64,000 nucleotides of DNA from Capsulimonadaceae bacterium (GTDB taxonomy: Bacteria; Armatimonadota; Armatimonadia; Armatimonadales; Capsulimonadaceae). Every line of letters starts with the position of its first letter. Within the stretch, counting starts at the first letter, position 1. Of the stretch, positions 37,801 through 44,512 are shown one piece after another. The DNA lies in NCBI GenBank assembly GCA_965215505.1, contig OZ244065.1, positions 768,001 through 832,000 of the forward strand, written 5' to 3'. The notes under the pieces are model-generated. The model saw only the letters and a list, made by a program, of their open reading frames with translations, made no database searches and was not told the DNA's origin. The translations under genes and the position numbers were made by a program.

Positions 37801-40029
37801 GACGTCCGCGTGGCCCGAGACGACCGGCGTCTTCAGCCGCCCCGTGACGCGGAAGTCGCCCGCCGCCGTCCCCGACAGGTTTGGCAGGCTGGCCGTCAGG
37901 GTCCGCGCGGTCTTCGGGGAGGGGGCGGAGGCGGACTCGGCGAGGCGCAGGAAGTCGGCCACGTCGCCTTTGGAGACATGGACGTTCAGGGCCAGCAGCG
38001 GGTCCGCCCCCGCGAGCGGCGTCACCGCGCCGTCAAGTCTGGCCTCGGTGGGGAAGCGCCGCAGAGTCACGTCCCGCAGCCGGACGCCGGCAAGCCCCGC
38101 CGAGATGTTCCCGGTGACGAGGTCGGCCGAGTAGCGCCCGAAGCGCGGCTCGATCAGCCGCGCCGCTCCGACCGCCTGGGGCGCGCTGGCCGGGCCGATC
38201 ACTTTGCCGTCGAAGGCCGCCCGCCCGCCAAGTGCGAGGTTGGAATACGGCCGGAGAAGGGCGGCGACGTCAAGCCCCGCCGTCCGCACGGTCAGGTCCC
38301 AGCGCCCCGTGCCGACCGGGACCGTCCCGCTGACGGCCGCCGTGCCGCTGGCGTCCCGTGCGACCATCCGGGTGAGCGTGATCGCCCCGCCCTGCGTCCA
38401 GGCGACGCGGCCCGTGAGCGAATGCAGCATCGTCCGGCGCAGGCGCAGGTTCGCGGCGCTGACGTTCGCGACGACGGAGAGGGGCCGCCCCTGGTTGTCG
38501 GCGAGGAACTGCACGTCCGCCACGCCGCCGAGGTTCAGGTTCTTCGCCTTGACGGCGGGGGGCAGGCGCAGGGCGGCGAGGTCCACGCCTTTCACCATGC
38601 CCGCCAGCAGCAGGACGGGTTTTGCACCGGACAGGTCTACTGTCCCGCGCAGGGCGGCCTGCCCCGTGCCGTTCAGCCGGAAGGTCACGGAGGGGACGGA
38701 GAGGACTCGATTGGCATAGGTGGCCTGCACCGCCAGGTTCGTCGCCTGGTTGCCGGCATACACGACGGCGGGGAGGGCGGCGCTGACGGTGATGGTGGGG
38801 CTGCCCGGCGTCCCGGTGAAACCGACACGCACGGGACCCGGCGCGACCGTGAATCCGGGCGGCAATTTCAGGACCGGCACGGCGGCGGCCAGCCGGACCG
38901 GGTCCAGCCGGGGCGACGAGGCCGAGACGGCGACCTGCGGGTGCTGGAAGTCGAAGACGGTGCCGGACACCGCCAGTGTCTGCCCCGCCAGGGCGGCGCG
39001 GGCGTCGAGGGAGAGGCCCGCGCCGGTGAAAGACGTCGTCCCGTTCAGGTCTTCCAGCGGCAGCGCGAGGATCTTCTTGTTTGAGGCCAGGATGGTGACG
39101 TGGCGCACGGCTAGGGTGCCGGAAAGGTCCAGCAGGCGGCCCGGCGCGGGCGTGGCCCCCTCGTTCGCCAGCGTGACGTCGGCGTCCGCCCGGCCCCGGA
39201 CGATCCGCGCCTGCGGGAAGGCTTTGAAGTAGTCAGTCCAGTACGCCGCGTCGGCGTTCGTCGCGACGACGTGCCCTCGGTAGCGTCCCGCCACCAGCCG
39301 CGACACGTCGCCGTTAACCAGCAGAGAATTGAAGCGGTTTTCCGATGCCGTCCCGCGCCCGCGCACGTCGAAGTAGACGTTGCGCGTGGAGAAAAAGTCC
39401 GCCGTGCCCTCGACGGCGGTCAGCGTGTTCAGGGCGGGCCGCTTGCCCCGGTCGGGGGCGTCGAAGTCGCGGAACCGCAGCAGCCCATCGTGTACGAGGA
39501 TGCGGCCGACGAACGGCATGCTCGTCGTCTTGGTCTTGGGCTTAATGAGGTCGCTGAAGTTGTACCGGGTGGAGGAGAGGCGCTCGACGAGAACGGTGGG
39601 GTGGTCCACCGTGATGTCGCCGATGGCGTGGGCGGCGTTGCCGCTGTCAAAGAGGAGGGAGTGCAGGTTGTAGTCAACGGTCAGCCGCCTGGCCGTCAGC
39701 GTCGCCTCGCCGCCGCCTTGGGCGAAGGTGGCCTTGTTCGCGATGGCGATGTCGGTGAGGACGAGGACGCCGCGTTTGCCGAAGTCCGCCCCGCCGATAT
39801 GCACCTCATGGCCGGTCTGCCGGGTCAGTTCGGCCTCGGCGATGGGGACGAGGTGCGCGCGCAGCAGGTGATAGACCGAGGCGAAGTAGACGCCCGCCGA
39901 GACGGTCAAGCCGACCACCGGCAGCACTGCCAGCCCGCGCAGCGTCCACCGGGCGGCGGCGGGCAGTCGGGGACCGGGGCGGCTTCTCTGTCGCCGCCCT
40001 TTAGGCTCTCGCTGACGTGGTTGACTCAT
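34813..40029 (-). CDS. tamB: TamB / AsmA-like translocation-and-assembly protein
   Basis: 1738 aa; N-terminal TM; repetitive beta-strand-like sequence; C-terminal DUF490-like region ending in ...LEGVLKF; upstream of bamA. Confidence 0.85.
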   Translation of the reverse strand: MSQPRQREPKGRRQRSRPGPRLPAAARWTLRGLAVLPVVGLTVSAGVYFASVYHLLRAHLVPIAEAELTRQTGHEVHIGGADFGKRGVLVLTDIAIANKATFAQGGGEATLTARRLTVDYNLHSLLFDSGNAAHAIGDITVDHPTVLVERLSSTRYNFSDLIKPKTKTTSMPFVGRILVHDGLLRFRDFDAPDRGKRPALNTLTAVEGTADFFSTRNVYFDVRGRGTASENRFNSLLVNGDVSRLVAGRYRGHVVATNADAAYWTDYFKAFPQARIVRGRADADVTLANEGATPAPGRLLDLSGTLAVRHVTILASNKKILALPLEDLNGTTSFTGAGLSLDARAALAGQTLAVSGTVFDFQHPQVAVSASSPRLDPVRLAAAVPVLKLPPGFTVAPGPVRVGFTGTPGSPTITVSAALPAVVYAGNQATNLAVQATYANRVLSVPSVTFRLNGTGQAALRGTVDLSGAKPVLLLAGMVKGVDLAALRLPPAVKAKNLNLGGVADVQFLADNQGRPLSVVANVSAANLRLRRTMLHSLTGRVAWTQGGAITLTRMVARDASGTAAVSGTVPVGTGRWDLTVRTAGLDVAALLRPYSNLALGGRAAFDGKVIGPASAPQAVGAARLIEPRFGRYSADLVTGNISAGLAGVRLRDVTLRRFPTEARLDGAVTPLAGADPLLALNVHVSKGDVADFLRLAESASAPSPKTARTLTASLPNLSGTAAGDFRVTGRLKTPVVSGHADVSDATVGNYRLDLVAADVRYALGVLRVQNGLVRSEGATLRASGERTASGLLRADFAASGLDLARFDSLLLPSADVDGTLGFAGHFSGTAQAPHVALTSLTLPDLVVDGQTFAPLALAGRYDDGVLTQTGGPWRFIVSPPTDYVGEAGGPVEYDVNSLRLTLPTPAHPHRVGALALAGAIPLSAPERLSHVFATLRASRFAQTAAGKSLLARVSDLPQPISGMFALPRLTLDGPLSALTARADLSAKALTLGDTKLAGLTATLAYTAGARPSGSVKAAATDLLAANVPVGAASADVEYRDRTVTVHQLRATNERAFLNVSGTANLDGDIAATLDASNIPLALLGTAFPPAVPFLRALPREVSALSVDASGPTRSPNLVASVSLSNPEGAAPKPAVIAIQAGKKGAKKPAKPAASEVVSADTPAYALDSIRSGAITLASATPDAPKILTVSELSAFKNGRLVATLSGSLPLITATSLGAANREAARLPDQDLRAVLNVQDLSALAGFSPGVVDPKKTGGRLSVTANFGGGQLSGLATLSDASFGLAGFDTSVNKINAIVVLADNKATVQTFTGRSSKGGGFTLTGGAGLLGSQSLSLRLTTKDLGVDENSKQNLLAKSFQSALKATINGVLTVTGPFETPVIATPPDAPIVISNATATLPSPTGGADAAKAPSPFDPTFDVVLQLGGGRTKTVRVQGGLLQAEAGGQVRLQGSLLAPRFAGTLQVERGQFILPPSTLLKIVKPRDTEAISLNGNGNNVVRVEYPRQDENGVPGLQTNVNIWAQTTVSPTQATLAQYRTVAGSGIGETAPQGNTAFGGTNPLSSDRQRYTITVHIYGLLGSTDPAKLHDDFYSSPAGLTKAQMVAALIPAGALVAAAGGGSGGQTVLEDQFKTALANVAIPTLLTPLTESLAGALGLEDVNVTYDPNQPVFVTVTKQIGPKVDVTFSRSFGARGVTDQTLLPPQYTLKLGYDITSRYRIGVSTDDQKNNTVTLEGVLKF

Positions 40030-40067
40030 GCAGTTTGGAGGGCGGACACGAGGTTCGCCCTCCCAGT

Positions 40068-41024
40068 TCAGGCGGCCTTCTCCGCCCGCATCGCCAGGAA
40101 CTTGTCACTGAACTCCTTGGCGTTGTACGAGGACCGGATGAACGGGCCGGAGGCGACGAACAGGAAGCCCATCGCCTCGCCGATCTCCTTGTATTCGGCG
40201 AAGATGTCCGGGTGGACATACTCCACCACGTCCAAATAGTTCTTGCCCGGCTTCAAGTACTGGCCGATCGTGACGGCGTCCACGTCATGCGCCTTCAGGT
40301 CTTCCATAAGGGCGACGACCTCCGCCTTCGTCTCGCCAAGGCCGACCATCAGGCCGCTCTTGGTGTAGATGCTCGGGTCGGCGGCCTTGACGTACCGCAA
40401 GAGCTGGAGGGAGCGGGCGTAGCGGGCCTGCGGGCGCACCTGCCGGTAGAGGCGCGGGACCGTCTCGATGTTGTGGTTGAAGACGTGCGGCTTCGCATCA
40501 ACGACGGTCTGGATGTTCGCTTTGTTCCCCAGAAAGTCGGGCGTCAGCACCTCGATGATCGTCTCGGGCAGCAGGCGGCGGAGCCACTGGATCGTCTCGG
40601 CGAAGTGGCGGGAGCCGCCGTCGGGCAGCTCGTCGCGGTTGACGCTGGTGACGACGGTGTGTTTCAGGCCCAGGATCGCTGCGCTCTCGGCGACGCGGCG
40701 CGGCTCGTCGGCGTCCAGCGCCCCACCCTTCCCGGTCTTGACCGCGCAGAAGCGGCAGGCGCGGGTGCAGGTGTCGCCCAGGATCATGAAGGTGGCAGTC
40801 TTCTTGGACCAGCACTCGCCGAGGTTCGGGCAGCGGGCCTCCTCGCAGACGGTCACCAGGCCGGACCGGCGCATCAGCCCTTCGACCTCCTCGATCCCCT
40901 GCCGCTTGGGCAGCTTGATCGTCAGCCACTCCGGGATGCGGCGGTTGAGGACCGGGCCGACCGTGCGCGCGGGCGGGGACGGGAGGCGGGAGGGGAGGAC
41001 ATCGAGTTGGATCAGTTCAGCCAT
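40068..41024 (-). CDS. lipA: Lipoyl synthase
   Basis: CEEARCPNLGEC and CTRACRFC clusters; NHNIETV, KSGLMVGLGE, RSSY motifs. Confidence 0.97.
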   Translation of the reverse strand: MAELIQLDVLPSRLPSPPARTVGPVLNRRIPEWLTIKLPKRQGIEEVEGLMRRSGLVTVCEEARCPNLGECWSKKTATFMILGDTCTRACRFCAVKTGKGGALDADEPRRVAESAAILGLKHTVVTSVNRDELPDGGSRHFAETIQWLRRLLPETIIEVLTPDFLGNKANIQTVVDAKPHVFNHNIETVPRLYRQVRPQARYARSLQLLRYVKAADPSIYTKSGLMVGLGETKAEVVALMEDLKAHDVDAVTIGQYLKPGKNYLDVVEYVHPDIFAEYKEIGEAMGFLFVASGPFIRSSYNAKEFSDKFLAMRAEKAA

Positions 41025-41046
41025 GGATTTGCACTTTCTGGCATTG

Positions 41047-41076
41047 ATTATAGCGTTTTCGGGGGCGCAAAGTCAA
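41047..41076 (-). promoter_or_regulatory. Sigma70-type promoter of lipA and probably the envelope superoperon
   Basis: Minus strand TTGACT-N18-TATAAT; the -35 contains the TGA stop of the upstream ATPase gene. Confidence 0.7.
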
Positions 41077-43127
41077 CGCGCTTCCTTTAACTGGACTGTT
41101 TCAGGCAACGATGAGGGCAATGCGCTCTTTTGCTTTTGCGCCGCAGAGCTGAGGAGCTGACGCGCTATTTCGCGCTCTTCTGCGGAGAGGCACAGCAAAA
41201 CGCGATCGTCATGGGTCTCCATGTACACAACAGCGGCTTCCATCAGGCGCAACGTCTGGCCGAACACCTCAACTTGTGCGGCTGCTTCCTGCCACTGCTT
41301 AAGCCAATCTTTTCTGACTGAGTCGCTGAATGCTGGGTGCAGCAAGGACGGGACTATCGTCATCAAGCCGACAGCCAAAGAAGAGGAAAGATCATGTTGC
41401 AGGCTGGTCTCCAGTAGATCGGCGATCTTATTTTTCCAGTCTCGCTTTTCATTGTGGGTACACAACAAAGCGACGGTGATGTCAGCCATGTAAGTCCCAG
41501 TCAGAATAAACCATCCCATCCACTTGTCAGGCTGCGCTGTGTCTGACATGTCAAAGACGCGTATCACTTTATTTAGCTGGTCTAGATCACAATCAATCAC
41601 CAACTTCCCTAGCCAAAGGCTACTCATATCATAAACTTTCCCTGGTTCCATAAATTCCAGGCGACCCTTCGCGGCTTGATCTCCCGCCGCGACGGCTTCT
41701 TCAAGTCGGTTAAGCTCCAACAAACACAGACTCATGCACATCCAATCATCGGCAGCACCGCGAATGGCCACTAATTCTTCCGCAATCCGAAGGGACATCC
41801 CGTAATTTTTGACACTGAAAGATGAGAGGAGATCGTTTTGACAGGCCGCGACGCGGGGATCATCGTTTTCACTCTCTAAAGTATCCAGCGCGTACTGCAC
41901 ATACTCGCGCTCTAAAGGTGTTCCAGTCTCAAGCAGCGATGAATAGTGCTGCCGTAGTTCAACCGATGTGTACCACAGCCTCAAGAAATCCACGAACAGC
42001 TTGATTGGGCCGCCGCGACTCTTTTTAATGTCTATGCACATCCGCATCAGTGGCTCGCGCAGTTCATAGTAGGACTCGCGCCCGACCGCCTCCGAGACTA
42101 CATAGCCCTTCGCCCGCAAGTCTTGGAGCTGACCGGAGGCCGTCTGCTGCGTGACGAAGCAGCGTTTGGCGATCTCCTTCACGGGAACCGCGCCGCGATG
42201 ATCGCAGAGGAAGTCCACGATTTTGCGCTGCTGGGGGGAAAGCCATTTCATTTTGGCCTGATAGTACGGCGTCAGCTCATCCAGCATGTGCATGAACGGG
42301 TCCACGAGTTCATCCAGGGCTTCGCGCGTTAGGAACTGGGAAAAGATGACGTAGACACGCGGGTTGCCGCCGGCCAGGTGATGGACGGCGCGGATGCGGG
42401 CACGTCCCATGGGGGCCTGGATAAAGGCGCAAAGGTCGCGCTTGTCTTCCAGATCAGCGATCTTCGTCAAGAGGGCCGTGGCATCATCTAACGAAAGGTC
42501 TTCGAGCAGGTGAATCGTGAAGAAGCCGTAGAAGGGAGAGGTACGACGCGAAACGTCTTTGAACAAACTCTGCGCCGTGGCGATAATGATCCAAAAAGGG
42601 TCTTCCTGGATGAATGAGCGCAGCCGCTTTTGGCCGACCTCCCCCATACCTTCGAACAGGTCATTTAGGTTTTCTGCCAGGACGAGCAAGGCGCGTTCCC
42701 CGACGTAGCCTTTGAGCACGGCGGCAGCGGTTTGTTCGGCTTCCGCCGCCGGAAGGCTGTACAGGGCCTCGATTTTTTCCGCCAACGCGGCATCTTTGTA
42801 TTCGGCCTGCAATGCCGTGAGGAGGCGGAGCAGGAGATCAAGGAATGAAGAGACACCCCATTCTTCTTCCCGCAGCCACGCAACGCGCAGGCGGTCACGC
42901 AAATCTTCTCGCCGACAAACGCGGTGATAGATCAGCGAAACCAGGTGTGTTTTGCCGATGCCGCGCGGCCCAATCAGCAGCGAGTAGTGTTTGGAAGGCG
43001 TCAGCGCACTTTCGGCGATGACTTCCACGACTTCCTGAGCGAGTTCTTCGCGCTGGACAAAAATATCTTCCAGCGTCTTGGCGCTCATCAGGCTGGGCGT
43101 GAAATAGGACAAAAAATCAGCCCTCAT
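41073..43127 (-). CDS. STAND-like P-loop ATPase with winged HTH and C-terminal TPR-like helical region
   Basis: Walker A GPRGIGKT; degenerate Walker B LVLAENL; AGGNPR (GxP); wHTH-like VKEIAKRCFVTQQTASGQLQDL..GYV; helical repeat C-terminus; low GC. Confidence 0.75.
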   Translation of the reverse strand: MRADFLSYFTPSLMSAKTLEDIFVQREELAQEVVEVIAESALTPSKHYSLLIGPRGIGKTHLVSLIYHRVCRREDLRDRLRVAWLREEEWGVSSFLDLLLRLLTALQAEYKDAALAEKIEALYSLPAAEAEQTAAAVLKGYVGERALLVLAENLNDLFEGMGEVGQKRLRSFIQEDPFWIIIATAQSLFKDVSRRTSPFYGFFTIHLLEDLSLDDATALLTKIADLEDKRDLCAFIQAPMGRARIRAVHHLAGGNPRVYVIFSQFLTREALDELVDPFMHMLDELTPYYQAKMKWLSPQQRKIVDFLCDHRGAVPVKEIAKRCFVTQQTASGQLQDLRAKGYVVSEAVGRESYYELREPLMRMCIDIKKSRGGPIKLFVDFLRLWYTSVELRQHYSSLLETGTPLEREYVQYALDTLESENDDPRVAACQNDLLSSFSVKNYGMSLRIAEELVAIRGAADDWMCMSLCLLELNRLEEAVAAGDQAAKGRLEFMEPGKVYDMSSLWLGKLVIDCDLDQLNKVIRVFDMSDTAQPDKWMGWFILTGTYMADITVALLCTHNEKRDWKNKIADLLETSLQHDLSSSLAVGLMTIVPSLLHPAFSDSVRKDWLKQWQEAAAQVEVFGQTLRLMEAAVVYMETHDDRVLLCLSAEEREIARQLLSSAAQKQKSALPSSLPETVQLKEAR

Positions 43128-44296
43128 TCGACGGCACCTCTTTGCAGCCGCCAGTAGCGCTGGATCAATGGGAAATAGAAGCGATAGTTGCCGTCAGTCT
43201 CCTGTGTCAGATAATGGTCACGCTCAAGCAGGGAGAGCAGAGCGCGTGTCTGTTCCTTATCGGCCGTGATAATTCGCGATTTAAGTCGGTTGAACACCTC
43301 CACGAATGGCATGGCGGCATCAGCGAATGCAAGGACATCCAAAACCGCCAGCGCCAGGGGGACCTTGTCCGCGCTATAGTAGGAGGAGAGACGGTCAATA
43401 TAGTGGCGAAGTTGCCAGCGATCCTGGGGGTCGGTTAATCCCCGGCTGATGATGGTTTCAACGGTCCCCACATCCGCAGTCCCTTTCGCGCTCTTGAGTT
43501 GCCTGACGACATGATGGATATAGAAGGGTATAAAATCCACACCTTGCGCGATGGCCTCAGCCACCGCCTCGGCATCTTTGGCCTCGATCTTAGTCCCATG
43601 CAGCAGGCGGCGCGCGAGTTCGCTGGCATCTTCGGGAGCCAGGGGCGGCACCTCCTCGACATACATATCGTTGATAGGGGCATTGCTGTACCCTGCCGCC
43701 CGCAGGGCTGTGAGAACATGATGCAGGCCGATCGAGCCTGTGTAGACCATCCGCAGGCGTGGGTGCATCTGACGTAGGGCACGCAGCGTGTTCAGAATCT
43801 CCATCGCGACGTTTTCGCCGTTTCCCTTCTTGATGTTGTCCAGCATCATGGGGATCTCGTCCCATTGAAAGATCAGCATGGCTTCTTGCTCTTCCATGAG
43901 GTCCGCAATGATGCTGGTTAGCAGATCTTTCCAGAAGGGGGCAGCGACTTCAGGGAACTTGACAAAGTTCTCGAACTCCGCGCCCTTCAACTCGGATAGG
44001 AATTTCCGTGTTCGGGTTGTGTTCCGCTTTTTCGTGCTGAGAAACGCCTCGACATCGGCGAAGACGAGTTCGGCAAACTCCAGCGGCGTGTGTATATCCT
44101 CTAAATCGTGATAAACAAGCAGTTTTCCGGGGCGCGCTTCAGCCCGCATCTTTTTCAGAATAGAAGTCTTTCCAATCCGCCTCTCGGAAGTCAACACCAG
44201 ACTTTGGACTTCCAACACGTCCCATAAGGATGCGATCAAGTCATCGCGGCCGATAATATCAGATGCTGCGATTTCGCCGCCAGGATTAGCTTGCAT
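43124..44296 (-). CDS. STAND-like AAA/P-loop ATPase (effector-less)
   Basis: IIGRDD, Walker A SERRIGKTS, Walker B IFQWDEIP, VYTGSIGL, DFIPFYI, C-terminal wHTH-like LLERDHYL..YRF; ATG 44296 with AGGAG SD; ATGA overlap with the partner gene. Confidence 0.8.
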   Translation of the reverse strand: MQANPGGEIAASDIIGRDDLIASLWDVLEVQSLVLTSERRIGKTSILKKMRAEARPGKLLVYHDLEDIHTPLEFAELVFADVEAFLSTKKRNTTRTRKFLSELKGAEFENFVKFPEVAAPFWKDLLTSIIADLMEEQEAMLIFQWDEIPMMLDNIKKGNGENVAMEILNTLRALRQMHPRLRMVYTGSIGLHHVLTALRAAGYSNAPINDMYVEEVPPLAPEDASELARRLLHGTKIEAKDAEAVAEAIAQGVDFIPFYIHHVVRQLKSAKGTADVGTVETIISRGLTDPQDRWQLRHYIDRLSSYYSADKVPLALAVLDVLAFADAAMPFVEVFNRLKSRIITADKEQTRALLSLLERDHYLTQETDGNYRFYFPLIQRYWRLQRGAVE

Positions 44297-44317
44297 AGTT
44301 TTATCTCCTACAACCCT

Positions 44318-44345
44318 ATTATACACCAAAATTGATGTACGTCAA
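44318..44345 (-). promoter_or_regulatory. Sigma70-type promoter of the ATPase pair
   Basis: Minus strand TTGACG-N16-TATAAT, 21 nt upstream of the ATG. Confidence 0.65.
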
Positions 44346-44431
44346 TATTAACTTATGTCACCCAAGAGAATTATCCCCTACTTGGTTTCTGCAACGAACG
44401 AGCTTCTACGGCTAAAAACGTCCGCGTTCGG

Positions 44432-44460
44432 TTGACAAGGTGGCCTTCATCACTTATAAT
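44432..44460 (+). promoter_or_regulatory. Perfect-consensus sigma70 promoter of hppA
   Basis: TTGACA (44432-44437)-N17-TATAAT (44455-44460); TAAGGAG SD at 44502. Confidence 0.85.
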
Positions 44461-44512
44461 AGCAACAAGAACAAAATGAGCCTGGCCGACGGTGGCCGAG
44501 GTAAGGAGTGCT

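Noticed and set aside
16553-40239. Long plus-strand ORFs (e.g. 16553-18328, 19758-22019, 23376-25127, 35269-36834, 37300-39084)
   Set aside because: Antisense shadows of well-supported minus-strand genes, expected in high-GC DNA; no recognisable motifs.
41073-44400. Prophage, IS or integrative element as carrier of the ATPase pair
   Set aside because: No integrase, transposase, terminal inverted repeats, target duplication or tRNA seen; only composition supports foreign origin.
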